Shown here in pieces: positions 45,421-55,143 of a DNA stretch of 56,632 bases. The stretch is from positions 1-56,632 of IMG/VR virus record IMGVR_UViG_3300005613_003813; one strand, given 5' to 3'. The translations under genes and the position numbers were made by a program. Position 1 is the stretch's first letter. Each line of letters starts with the position of its first letter. Origin of the DNA: a virus. Its lineage: Duplodnaviria > Caudoviricetes. The notes beneath the pieces are model-generated. The model worked only from the letters and a program-made list of their open reading frames with translations, searched no databases and was not told the origin of the DNA.

Positions 45421-46850
45421 CAATCCCAATCCTCGTGCAAGTCGTAATAAACTACAAAGCCGTAGATTTCAAATGGTTGGTCCTTAGCATTGTTAGAAAA
45501 TTCCCAACTGATGTGTTTGGCGGTTATATCCTCTGGAGAGAACTTTTTAACAATTAGGGCATCTTCTCCAAGATCGACCGTTCCGTAGGCGACATAGCTC
45601 CCGAGATCCTTTGAGACCTTGACTGTTAGAGTCGTCCCCGTTTGTTTTTTAGCAATCAGGTAAAGGGCCTTGATCGTCTTCCGGTACTCTGGGCGGTCCA
45701 TGGAGTAGTCGTTAGTTCTAAACCACCCGTTAATTGCCCCCTCGTTAAAGTTGTCGTCCTCAAAAAGTTCATAGACATTTCCGTCGTCGGCCCCCATATA
45801 GAGTTTCTGTGCCCCCGAGACAATGAACGGGGCTACAACCTTCGGAGTTACCCCATACCCCAACGGGACCCAAGTATTCCCCACAATATCGTAATCGAAG
45901 CCCGCCTGGTTGATACTTTTGGTAGATAGGTCATCAACGAACCAGTAGGCGTGTGTCCCTAAAGGAGCCCCGCAAACATTGGCCAGCTTTGTCTGATCAA
46001 TGTCTTGGGTATAGTCCTCAATCTTGTTAGAGATCCTTGTTGAAACCACCCCGTCGTAGACATAAAAACCGGTTCGGTTGAAGTAAAAGGTGAAACGATC
46101 AACGGTAAATACCTGTTTTGGGGAGTGGGTCCCCGGAGCCCCGTGCACCCTTTCCAAACCAACTCCTTTGGCGGAGCATCGCCACAAAGAACTATCAGTG
46201 AAAATTAACAACTGATCTCCACTTACTGCACAAGCAGTTAAAGGCTCAGAAGAAGGAATATGGAAATAGTTGTTAGCATTATCCCAACTGATACTATCAT
46301 CTGAGGCCGGAAGGTCCGAATAATAGACGGTTGCCCTATTAGTTGAACGACCAACGATATAAAGTTGATTTTTAAAGAGCTCAATATCCTTTCCTTTGGG
46401 GGCGCTGGTTACATTGGTAGTAGTTGAGTAAGTCAGTCCTTGTAGGGAAGCAGTTGCATCGTCGTCATTTACCATAAAAACATAATCAACCATTGCGAAG
46501 TAGGCAAACTCCATTTGCGAGCTGGCTGTTAAGGCATCAGCTCCGGAGATACTCGTCCAGGTGCCCGCGTTGTTATATTCCAGCCCCGAGGCCGTATCTC
46601 CAGAATTATTAACTACCGCCAGCTGTCTGGTTGTACCCCCAACTTGCTGGTAATCGAACAGCCCCAAAATGTCCTTGTCCGCCTGTAGGGTATCTCCAAC
46701 CTTGGTGTATCCTTTGGCCTTTTTAACCGTGCCAATTTCCGAAAGGTCAATGTTTTGGGCCGCCTTCAATTCCTCAGCGGGCTTCAAAAAGTTTGAGACC
46801 TTAGAGTTGACCCCTTGAAAATTCATTACCGCAAAACGCTTTTGAGCCAT
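45420..46850 (-). CDS. Tail nozzle / DNA-stabilisation beta-propeller protein (P22 gp10-like)
   Basis: Beta-propeller-type motifs (VYYSD, LLIFTD, GFYVYDG, RISNKI); follows the adaptor. Confidence 0.7.
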   Translation of the reverse strand: MAQKRFAVMNFQGVNSKVSNFLKPAEELKAAQNIDLSEIGTVKKAKGYTKVGDTLQADKDILGLFDYQQVGGTTRQLAVVNNSGDTASGLEYNNAGTWTSISGADALTASSQMEFAYFAMVDYVFMVNDDDATASLQGLTYSTTTNVTSAPKGKDIELFKNQLYIVGRSTNRATVYYSDLPASDDSISWDNANNYFHIPSSEPLTACAVSGDQLLIFTDSSLWRCSAKGVGLERVHGAPGTHSPKQVFTVDRFTFYFNRTGFYVYDGVVSTRISNKIEDYTQDIDQTKLANVCGAPLGTHAYWFVDDLSTKSINQAGFDYDIVGNTWVPLGYGVTPKVVAPFIVSGAQKLYMGADDGNVYELFEDDNFNEGAINGWFRTNDYSMDRPEYRKTIKALYLIAKKQTGTTLTVKVSKDLGSYVAYGTVDLGEDALIVKKFSPEDITAKHISWEFSNNAKDQPFEIYGFVVYYDLHEDWD

Positions 46851-46852
46851 AA

Positions 46853-47542
46853 TTACCTCCTCGGACCGAAGTCCAAACCCTGCCCCGAAAGATCAGTTGT
46901 CAATCTGACTCCCTCAGCAACCCGGTCCTCCAACTCTGACTGCATCCTCTCTCGCTCCTCTTGATACATCCGCTCAAACATCGCCGAACCCTGTAAATCC
47001 CGTTTCCCCTTCATCAAAGCATCGGCACAGGTTCCAATAGAAATTAATCGGTGGTACTGGGCCGGGATTGCCGGCTCGTCGTCGTCATCCGAAAGGTCAT
47101 CCTGTTCGGCGATGTACCAAATCTTCAATGCCGCAGTCCCGTCTTTGTCTGGGATAGGTAAAAAGCCAAGAATATCTCCCTGAATATAATAAGAAGGAAG
47201 GGCCGCAACCCCAAGATCGTCGTTTTCAAGCCTTGTTTGGACATCATCAAGACTGATAGAAGTCGCCTTTTTGAAATTATCGGCGTTGCTGGTTATATCA
47301 TAGTTGAGCTCAACCCGACGCATCCTCTTAAAATCGGAGGGTAGGGTGTATTCCTGCTGGTCCTCATTCATATCAGCAGTCGCTTCGGTTATAAAGTAGT
47401 TTTCGAATACCGTTTCGATCGCCGTTACCAAATCTTGGTAACGGTGATTCATCCAGACCAATAGCTGAGCATCCGTCCAAAAGGCGGCGGTTGTCTCGTT
47501 TAGTCTGGCCCTAATATCAGTAATTATGGTCGCTTTGGTCAT
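46853..47542 (-). CDS. Head-tail adaptor protein
   Basis: IRARLNE, YTLPSDF, FLPIPD, IPAQYH pattern. Confidence 0.75.
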   Translation of the reverse strand: MTKATIITDIRARLNETTAAFWTDAQLLVWMNHRYQDLVTAIETVFENYFITEATADMNEDQQEYTLPSDFKRMRRVELNYDITSNADNFKKATSISLDDVQTRLENDDLGVAALPSYYIQGDILGFLPIPDKDGTAALKIWYIAEQDDLSDDDDEPAIPAQYHRLISIGTCADALMKGKRDLQGSAMFERMYQEERERMQSELEDRVAEGVRLTTDLSGQGLDFGPRR

Positions 47543-47551
47543 TTTCCCCCT

Positions 47552-47580
47552 AACAAAAAAGGCCCGCTTTCGCGGCCCTT
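47552..47580 (-). terminator. Rho-independent terminator after the Ser-Pro repeat gene
   Basis: GGCCGC-GAAA-GCGGGCC followed by TTTTTTGTT on the minus strand. Confidence 0.7.
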
Positions 47581-47635
47581 ATGGTGATCCTTCAGGACTA
47601 CGGTTACAATACCACCAATTTCAAAATAATGCAAA

Positions 47636-50600
47636 TTAATAACTCAACCCGCTTGTCACCTTTGTCCAGGTTGTAGCATCGTTGGTTTGCTTTGTCCAAT
47701 TCGTGGGGGACGGGGAGGGCGAAATTGACGGACTGATTGACGGGCTGATAGACGGACTAAGCGACGGAGATATAGATGGCGATAAGGATGGCGATAAGGA
47801 CGGACTCAAAGATACCGATGGCGAAACACTAGGACTAATACTTGGGCTTAAAGACGGCGAAAGGGACGGGCTAATCGAAGGACTAAGCGACGGACTTATG
47901 GACGGCGACAAGGACGGACTGAGCGAAGGTGAAATTGACGGGCTTAGACTCGGTGAAATTGATGGACTCAACGACGGTGACAATGACGGACTTAAACTAG
48001 GCGATAAACTTGGAGACAACGACGGTGATAGCGACGGGCTAATAGACGGCGATAAAGACACACTCGGACTAACACTAGGACTGATGGAGGGGCTTAGAGA
48101 CGGGCTTATACTAGGTGAAATTGATGGACTAAGCGACGGAGAAATTGACGGACTTATGCTTGGTGAAATACTGGGCGATATGGACGGGCTAATTGACGAT
48201 GAGATACTAGGTGAGGGGGACGGACTAAGTGACGGCGAAAGCGATGGGCTTAATGACGGTGAAAGGGACGGGCTGATAGAGACCGATGGGCTAACGCTTG
48301 GCGAAATCGAGGGACTGATTGATGGCGAAATAGACGGCGATAAGCTCGGTGAAATAGACGGGCTTAGGGATGGCGATAAACTTGGAGATAAACTAACGCT
48401 AGGGCTGACCGACGGACTGATACTTGGGCTTAGAGATGGGCTGATAGACGGGCTAATCGAGGGCGAAAGTGATGGACTTAAACTTGGTGAAAGTGATGGA
48501 CTTAAACTTGGTGAAAGTGATGGACTTAACGACGGTGATAATGATGGGCTAATACTCGGCGACAGCGACGCCGAGGGTGAAACACTAGGTGAAATTGACG
48601 GACTGATTGACGGACTAACACTGGGTGAGAGCGAGGGGGATAGAGATACGCTCGGGCTTACACTCGGACTGATTGACGGCGACAAAGACGGCGATAATGA
48701 CAGACTCAACGATGGCGATAATGACGCACTCGGTGAGACTGAAGGCGAAATACTCGGTGAGATTGACGGGCTCAAACTAGGCGACAGTGACGGCGAGAGC
48801 GATGGGGATATACTAGGGCTAATAGATGGGCTTAGAGACGGGCTTAGTGATGGTGATAGTGAGCCGCTCGGCGAAACACTGGGGCTAATAGACGGCGAGA
48901 TTGACGGGCTGAGTGATACTGAGGGGCTCACCGACGGACTAATACTAGGTGATAAGGACGGGCTCAAACTAGGCGATAACGAGGGGCTTATGCTCGGCGA
49001 TAGACTTGCTGATGGAGAGACCGACGGCGATATACTAAGAGAAATACTCGGACTGATACTGGGACTTATCGAAGGTGACAAAGACGGCGACAAGGAAGGA
49101 CTCAAACTCGGACTGATACTAGGCGAAATGGATGGACTCAGACTGACGCTAGGTGATACCGATGGACTAATCGAGGGGCTAATACTGGGTGAAATACTAG
49201 ACGACAGACTGGGCGAAATACTAGGACTTAAAGACACGCTCGGACTCACCGACGGTGAAATACTTGGGCTAATACTTGGACTCAAAGATGGCGATAGCGA
49301 AGGGGAGAGCGATACTGAGGGACTGACAGATGGCGATGTACTTGGACTTATTGATGGGCTCAATGATGGTGAAATAGACGGGCTGATACTAGGACTTAGC
49401 GATGGTGACAGACTCGGAGACAGACTAGGTGAAATACTCGGCGATAGCGAAACACTCGGCGATACCGACGGGCTAATACTTGGCGAGATTGATGGCGACA
49501 AGGATGGGCTGATAGATGGGCTTAGAGAAACCGATGGACTCACCGAGGGAGAGATGGATGGCGAAATTGATGGGCTCAAAGACGGAGAGATACTCGGTGA
49601 AATACTTGGTGAAAGAGACGGGCTAATCGACGGGCTTATTGACGGCGATACCGATGGAGAGATAGAAGGTGAGATGCTAGGCGATAGGGAGGGGCTTAAC
49701 GACGCCGACGGAGATACACTCGGGCTAATTGACGGACTGATGCTCGGACTTAGGGAAGGAGAGATACTAGGGCTAATACTTGGGCTTATACTAGGACTAG
49801 CCGACACTACTTCATAAGTTACTGCAAGATATGGGTCTTTAGAGGTATCGACCTTTTCAGACGTGAACGGTATAACACGTGAGCGTTTATCGGTTTCTCC
49901 AGGGTCGCCAGGGAAATTATCCTCAATATCGTGTCCCTCTCTTAACCCCAACATTGTTGTTCCTGTTAAAGAAATCCAACCCCTACCAGTTGCATTTAGG
50001 GTAAAATCTTCATAGGCTACAGTGCCTAAACCACTCAGGTCTATATCTGCTGACCCCTTAACTGCCAAATATTTAGCTCTCCCTCCTTCCTCATTTCCAC
50101 TATCGTAACCGCAATCCTCATAATCTGCGTTGGCTAACGCAGAAGTAGATGCTTGAAATGTTTTAACTACTGCTACATAGTCATAACCGTCACCATTGTA
50201 ACCATCACTTACGGAACCAGGATATAATTTAAGAATAGCTGCCGAGATAACGGCGGCGTCATCTAGTCCAGAAGTATCTATTGGAAAGAATCCTCGGTAT
50301 ATCTGAGTCTTATTAGCTGACCCCAAAAGGCTAGAACTAATCGCTGTGTCGACATAATCTAAAGCAGTATCATCCCCCTCGCTAGCATCGTGGACGGTGT
50401 CCCAAGTTGCCTGAGAGGGCTGACCTGACGCGTCCATTCTAACTCGCCCGTCCCCCGCCCCTGCATAGTAGTTTGTAGTGGTGTCTGTCCTCACTGGATA
50501 AACAGCGTTTTCTAAGAACCTTTTGTCTAAGATTTTAGTCAGAATTGTCTTGCCGTCTATTTCTTCTAGTCGGACTTTGATTATTCCTTGATTACCTTCG

Positions 50601-51343
50601 GCATCGGTGAGGTTAAACTTTCTAAACCAAGTCTTTCTAAGTTTCTTGAGGATTATACTGTCTGAAGTGGTTAGTTTGTCTTGCTTATTCCAAGTATCCC
50701 TCTCTAAATCATCCTCCCACCTTTCCTCCTCTTTGCGTCTTGTTTTGTCGTTCTTGAATTTCTTGAGTGCTTTTATCTTTTTGGCACGCAGATTTCTAAA
50801 ATTCTCTTTCTTTGGTTTGACTTCAAATCCGTCTAAAGCGACTTCAAAACTAAACTCCAAATCCTTGCTCAAATCAGCGGGTTTTTCGTTAATAACAATC
50901 TCTTTGACAAATCCCGTGTTCCGAGCCATTACCTCAAGGTCAATACCCGCACCATAGGCGTTCTTATAAAGAACTATTCCCTTACCTTTCCACTCTGGTT
51001 TGGAGATTAGCTTCCCCGTAGCGGGTAAAACATTTAGGGGCTTGATAGAGACTTCTTCGTCTGGTTTGTCCCAATCTTCTCCAGTTCGGGGGTCAACTTG
51101 AACAGTGTTGATAAACTTGAACCAATCGTTTGCTAGTTTGGGGATTTCTAGTTCGTAGTTGTTCTTCCGCATCTCCCAACCGTAATCGGTGGGAAGGAAC
51201 ATACAATCTACATTCTCGAACTTTCTGGTTTTTTTGTCTTTGTAGTGGATATGACCAACGTGACCCTCAAAGGTCATTGACCCGTCTTTATTATCAAAGG
51301 TCTTTGAGTTTAGAGTTCGTAAATCCCTAGCTTCGTTTCTCAT
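47636..51343 (-). CDS. Mucin-like fibre/adhesin (1235 aa): WapA-N-like region, DNRLRE/CBM96-like domain, about 700-aa Ser-Pro stalk, short Trp-Thr tail
   Basis: RTLNSKTF..DGS..IHY and YPV motifs; RGFFPIDTSGL...ISAAILKLY...PYLAVTY; (SPS[ILV])n; TNWTKQTNDATTWTKV. Confidence 0.8.
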   Translation of the reverse strand: MRNEARDLRTLNSKTFDNKDGSMTFEGHVGHIHYKDKKTRKFENVDCMFLPTDYGWEMRKNNYELEIPKLANDWFKFINTVQVDPRTGEDWDKPDEEVSIKPLNVLPATGKLISKPEWKGKGIVLYKNAYGAGIDLEVMARNTGFVKEIVINEKPADLSKDLEFSFEVALDGFEVKPKKENFRNLRAKKIKALKKFKNDKTRRKEEERWEDDLERDTWNKQDKLTTSDSIILKKLRKTWFRKFNLTDAEGNQGIIKVRLEEIDGKTILTKILDKRFLENAVYPVRTDTTTNYYAGAGDGRVRMDASGQPSQATWDTVHDASEGDDTALDYVDTAISSSLLGSANKTQIYRGFFPIDTSGLDDAAVISAAILKLYPGSVSDGYNGDGYDYVAVVKTFQASTSALANADYEDCGYDSGNEEGGRAKYLAVKGSADIDLSGLGTVAYEDFTLNATGRGWISLTGTTMLGLREGHDIEDNFPGDPGETDKRSRVIPFTSEKVDTSKDPYLAVTYEVVSASPSISPSISPSISPSLSPSISPSISPSVSPSASLSPSLSPSISPSISPSVSPSISPSISPSLSPSISPSISPSLSPSISPSISPSVSPSVSLSPSISPSLSPSISPSISPSVSPSVSLSPSISPSLSPSLSPSLSPSISPSISPSLSPSISPSTSPSVSPSVSLSPSLSPSLSPSISPSISPSVSPSVSLSPSISPSLSSSISPSISPSISPSVSPSVSLSPSISPSISPSLSPSLSPSLSPSISPSISPSISLSISPSVSPSASLSPSISPSLSPSLSPSLSPSISPSVSPSVSLSPSISPSISPSVSPSGSLSPSLSPSLSPSISPSISPSLSPSLSPSLSPSISPSISPSVSPSASLSPSLSLSLSPSLSPSISPSVSPSVSLSPSLSPSVSPSISPSISPSVSPSASLSPSISPSLSPSLSPSLSPSLSPSLSPSLSPSLSPSISPSISPSLSPSISPSVSPSVSLSPSLSPSLSPSISPSLSPSISPSISPSISPSVSPSVSISPSLSPSLSPSLSPSLSPSPSPSISSSISPSISPSISPSISPSISPSLSPSISPSISPSLSPSISPSVSPSVSLSPSISPSLSPSLSPSLSPSLSPSLSPSLSPSISPSLSPSISPSLSPSLSPSISPSLSPSISPSLSPSLSPSISPSVSPSVSLSPSLSPSLSPSISPSLSPSISPSISPSISPSPSPTNWTKQTNDATTWTKVTSGLSY
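47705..49798 (-). repeat. Degenerate 12-bp coding repeat encoding Ser-Pro-Ser-(Ile/Leu/Val)
   Basis: About 2.1 kb; protein-level tetrapeptide repeat with strongly varied synonymous codons. Confidence 0.97.
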
Positions 51344-52304
51344 TTTCCTCCTCCTCCAACTTCTTCAAATCCTCATCTGACCAACCTGGAACTGGCCAGA
51401 ACTTCTCTACCAGCCAAGAGACTGGGTATTTCTGCTTCGGCCATTTCATACCCCACAACAAATCTCTGACGTTTTTCTTAGTTCTCAACTGATCTCTACC
51501 GGAATTGGGCCAAGGGAATTTGAGATTTGCGTTGGTTCTAAACATATGCGCGTACCAAGTATTATGATTAACTAACACCCTCCCCCCGGAGAGCCAAGTC
51601 TTACAAGCAACCTCTATCCCCTGATTACCCCACGACCCCATACTCTCATCACACAAGTTGAGCTCGTTGTATTTCTTCCTAGTAACCATAAAGAAACTTC
51701 CTTGTAAACTCATCGTCTCCGTTAAACCTTCTTTCTTACCTTCAATGTATTGTGGTCGTTTTGTGTATTCCCTGAAATACTTAAATTGTGGGGTAGCGTT
51801 GAAACAGTAAGACGTACTCCGAACGTGGGGCCGAGGCCCCCACACCACCTTCCTCCTCATATACCTCGAATCGCCGCACTGAGGACACCTTCCGCCCTCT
51901 TTCCAATTGGCCTGATAAACCCTGAAACCGCACCGGTGGCATTTCCAATCAAATACATGTAGATTGCGCATTACCGGAACCATAACTACGTCGCCCCCTA
52001 CCTTCTCAAACATTTCAATCATCTTGCGGTCGAACCCCTGGTCAAAAGCACAATGAGCGTCTACTTTTGCCACATACTTACCCTTAGCAATTTTACAAGC
52101 AAGGTTAGTAGCGGCTCTTTGTCCAATGCTTTCGGGGACGTAGATGACATTCACTCGCGGGTGCTGGGGTATCGGGGGATCGGCCCATTCTCCGTCAAGA
52201 ACAGCAATCACTTCGGTATCCGCCTCGATGTGTTCGAGGATGTCTTGAATGGTTCGCGCGAGCCACATTTCGTTTCTTGCGGGAATTAAAATACTCAGAT
52301 CCAT
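51327..52304 (-). CDS. GT-A glycosyltransferase, ppGalNAc-T (GT27)-like paralog 3
   Basis: LSILIPARNE, KVDAHC (DxH), QGSFFM..DESMGSWGNQGIEVACKTWLSGG..YAHMFR..FPWP; internal CxxC-CxxC. Confidence 0.88.
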   Translation of the reverse strand: MDLSILIPARNEMWLARTIQDILEHIEADTEVIAVLDGEWADPPIPQHPRVNVIYVPESIGQRAATNLACKIAKGKYVAKVDAHCAFDQGFDRKMIEMFEKVGGDVVMVPVMRNLHVFDWKCHRCGFRVYQANWKEGGRCPQCGDSRYMRRKVVWGPRPHVRSTSYCFNATPQFKYFREYTKRPQYIEGKKEGLTETMSLQGSFFMVTRKKYNELNLCDESMGSWGNQGIEVACKTWLSGGRVLVNHNTWYAHMFRTNANLKFPWPNSGRDQLRTKKNVRDLLWGMKWPKQKYPVSWLVEKFWPVPGWSDEDLKKLEEEENEKRS

Positions 52305-53050
52305 TTCTTGTTCCTCTCTAACATTGCTTTAGTAATTTCCGGTTCGTATCCTACAGACTCTGCCCACGCACGCCACCCATAAACATCTTTGGGGATACAT
52401 TTTGAGTTGAACCCCCGGCTACTAGGAAATACGAACGTCCACCAGAGGTTAAACCGCGGATCGTCGCCGTAAACAACGTCCCTAATGGTGTAGTAGTCGA
52501 CTCCTGCCCTTTCGCAAACATCGTAGAGCTCCTGGCACTGCGCCACTTTAAAAGCTATTGCCCTATTCTCGCTGAGTTTTATCACTTCGGCCTCCAATCT
52601 GCTAACCTGTCGGATGCTTATGTTGGCGTTGTATGTAGTGGTGTATAAATCTATCAACCTCCGCCGATCTTCTGGCTCGCCACCGATTACCAGGAACTTT
52701 CTTTGCTTTGGGTCAAATAGTGGGTGCTCCACCGTTTCACCAAGATACTCCGGCTGTACTACAATTCTCTTCCCATACTTTTTGGCTAAATAGTCTCCAG
52801 TCCCGGGGCTGATCGCTGACCTTATCACAATCAGCGGACACCCGCACCAGGAAACGCACTCTTCAACAATAGACATATCCAAAGACCCGTCCTCCAAATT
52901 AGGGGTAGGGACGCAAACGAAGGCAACATCCCGCTTATTGACCTCCTCCTTGGTTGTTTCTGAGTAAGCTATATCGTAAATGTAGGCGTCAGGAAACAGT
53001 TTCTCTACCGCCTTCCCAACCCAACCGTGACCAATTATCGCTACTGTCAT
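52295..53050 (-). CDS. UDP-glucose/GDP-mannose dehydrogenase family protein (short form)
   Basis: IIGHGWVG, FVCVPTP, PEYL, AEVIKL, GFNSKCIPKD; lacks the C-terminal domain. Confidence 0.85.
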   Translation of the reverse strand: MTVAIIGHGWVGKAVEKLFPDAYIYDIAYSETTKEEVNKRDVAFVCVPTPNLEDGSLDMSIVEECVSWCGCPLIVIRSAISPGTGDYLAKKYGKRIVVQPEYLGETVEHPLFDPKQRKFLVIGGEPEDRRRLIDLYTTTYNANISIRQVSRLEAEVIKLSENRAIAFKVAQCQELYDVCERAGVDYYTIRDVVYGDDPRFNLWWTFVFPSSRGFNSKCIPKDVYGWRAWAESVGYEPEITKAMLERNKKWI

Positions 53051-53778
53051 AGGTTCTCCTCAGGTACTTTCAAACCAAATAACCCCCGCAAATCCCAACC
53101 TGGGATATTCTCTATCGGTATTTCCCGCCAATACTCTGGTTTGTGTTTGAAGCTGTCCAAAGTTATCTTCGGCTTGGAGAAAGTTCTGTCGTGGCGAATA
53201 TCAACCACAGGGTATTCAGAATACCAGACACCAAAGTTATCATCCGAAAAGCCCCCCCGCCTCTTCTTTTTAGTCCCAGGTTCGTAACCCCACAATCTAG
53301 CCCAGCGAGGTTCTCTACTTCTAAACTTGTTCAGCCCAACCTTCTCTATATGCTCCTCCCTTAGTTTGTAGTGCTCCAAAGCAAACTCTCGATTGACAGA
53401 CAAACAAGAAAGAGGAAGCATCCTTTTGTGAGTAATAGCGGTATCCCCCCCGAAGTACCACCGCCAGACATTAGAGTTGTAATAGAAGATATTATCTTCG
53501 GGCGGGGTAAATTCAAAGTGCGATTCTGGGTACAGGCAGTCGTGCTCGCAGAAAAACACGTAATCGGCAGTGCTGTTCTCCAGAGCCGTTTTTATCTGCT
53601 TAATATAGGTAGGGTAACTCCGTTCGCCTTGAACAACGATATTCTTTCCAAAGTCCAGCGGCTTCTTGAGGGACACACTAACAATCGGCAAACCCGACTT
53701 CTTTATGTGCCCCTGAACAACAGGGAAGATTGGTTTACCCAACCTCATGTCCGTGTAGAAAATTACGCCCTTGCTCAT
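53047..53778 (-). CDS. GT-A-like glycosyltransferase (paralog of 54439-55143)
   Basis: LPIVSVS, FFCEHDCLYP, FxP, YYNSN shared with the neighbouring paralog. Confidence 0.65.
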   Translation of the reverse strand: MSKGVIFYTDMRLGKPIFPVVQGHIKKSGLPIVSVSLKKPLDFGKNIVVQGERSYPTYIKQIKTALENSTADYVFFCEHDCLYPESHFEFTPPEDNIFYYNSNVWRWYFGGDTAITHKRMLPLSCLSVNREFALEHYKLREEHIEKVGLNKFRSREPRWARLWGYEPGTKKKRRGGFSDDNFGVWYSEYPVVDIRHDRTFSKPKITLDSFKHKPEYWREIPIENIPGWDLRGLFGLKVPEENL

Positions 53779-54452
53779 TCTTTAACCCACATCCACGAGC
53801 GCCACTTGTCTCGCTTTTCCTCAATACCATTGTGTGCTATCACGCCAGGACGAACCCTCTCACCAGGAGGATTTTTCCTACCAAGAACATACCAATTCGT
53901 TATCCCGAACGCTTTAACATAGGCATGGAGGACATACTTAACGTGGAGAACGTTCGGGTCTCGGGCGCCCTTCTTGTTCAGGGCGTAGTCGTGTCCCGCA
54001 ATAATGCCGCCCTTCTTGACCTTGAGAGGCCACTCGTAAAGGTCTTCGGCGACATAGCGAAACCCGTGATGTCCGTCGATGTAGACGAAGTCCAAACTCT
54101 CATCCTCGAAGTCTTTGACGGCATCCATCGAGGTCTTACGCACTATCACCGCTAGGTCCCCATAGGGTTCAAATACCCGCTTAGTGTGTTCGTAGAGAAA
54201 GTCCTGCCGCTTTTGAAACCCACCAGGGTAGTTCCTATCATTGTAGTTGCCGTATGCCTTCCAGGGGTCAACCGCATACATCTTAAGACCTTCTTTCAAG
54301 AACTCCTCAGTGTATTCTCCCTTGTAGGTTCCAATCTCCGCACCAACCTTGAAGCCCATCTCTTTGAACGCTTTTGGTAAATCGTTCCTCCCGCAGTCGG
54401 GAATTTCAAAGGGTTGCCCACGATGATTTTTGATTGCTTCAGTTATTTTCAT
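53775..54452 (-). CDS. Class I SAM-dependent methyltransferase (Methyltransf_24-like)
   Basis: AEIGTYKG, AVDPW, LDFVYIDGHH, KKGGIIAGHDY. Confidence 0.9.
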   Translation of the reverse strand: MKITEAIKNHRGQPFEIPDCGRNDLPKAFKEMGFKVGAEIGTYKGEYTEEFLKEGLKMYAVDPWKAYGNYNDRNYPGGFQKRQDFLYEHTKRVFEPYGDLAVIVRKTSMDAVKDFEDESLDFVYIDGHHGFRYVAEDLYEWPLKVKKGGIIAGHDYALNKKGARDPNVLHVKYVLHAYVKAFGITNWYVLGRKNPPGERVRPGVIAHNGIEEKRDKWRSWMWVKE

Positions 54453-55143
54453 CTATATTCTGATACACCTCTTTCACTCCCTCCATATACTTTTCCCTAG
54501 TTTCTTTACCGTCGCCCCAATAGGGCAAGGTGTGAATTGGTTTACGCTCGCTGTCGGTATAATATCTCATTGAGCGGTGGGTTTTAATTTGAAAGACGGG
54601 GTTCTCCGTCTCAAACATTTCTATCTGGTTTGGCCAGAATACATCCGACCTGCGGTGCCTCTCTTTAGGAAAATTCTTTTCCTCGGCACTCCACTGCGGG
54701 GCGCCCTCAAATAATTTCTCTAGAGTATTGAGATAAAACACCCTCCCAATCACCTGTGAGTGGGTCGCCCCCCCTGGTTTGTGAAACCAGTAACTGCGGT
54801 GGTCGGGCATCACGTAAAGATTGGAGTTGCGGTAGCAGCGGTCGTCTCTCGACGGGGTGTATTCAAAGTAGTCGGGCGGGTAGAGGCAGTCGGCCTCGGC
54901 GGAGACCACAAACTTTGTTTTAGCGTGCTCGCAAGCAATCTGAGTTTGGCGAAAGAAGTTAAACCCCGAAACCCCGACATCGTCTCCAACGCAAATGTTA
55001 GTCCCAAAGTCAATCGGTTTTTGGGTAACACTAATGATTGGCAAACCTCCACAGTTCTTGAGGATATTGTCTCTTATCCGCTGTTCAAACTTCGGGTCCT
55101 CCATATTGCTACTGCAGTAAATTATAGTTTTCATATCTTCCAC
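54439..55143 (-). CDS. GT-A-like glycosyltransferase (paralog of 53047-53778)
   Basis: LPIISVTQKP, SAEADCLYP, YRNSN. Confidence 0.65.
   Translation of the reverse strand: MEDMKTIIYCSSNMEDPKFEQRIRDNILKNCGGLPIISVTQKPIDFGTNICVGDDVGVSGFNFFRQTQIACEHAKTKFVVSAEADCLYPPDYFEYTPSRDDRCYRNSNLYVMPDHRSYWFHKPGGATHSQVIGRVFYLNTLEKLFEGAPQWSAEEKNFPKERHRRSDVFWPNQIEMFETENPVFQIKTHRSMRYYTDSERKPIHTLPYWGDGKETREKYMEGVKEVYQNIDENN

Noticed and set aside
47705-49798. Possible CRISPR array or assembly artefact
   Set aside because: There is no repeat-spacer structure; the unit is a degenerate 12-bp coding repeat that stays in frame for about 700 codons.
47682-49817. 711-aa plus-strand ORF of (D/E)G(L/D/E)(I/L/S) repeats
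   Set aside because: It is the antisense shadow of the Ser-Pro repeat, starts and ends with the repeat, has no SD, and opposes the operon direction.
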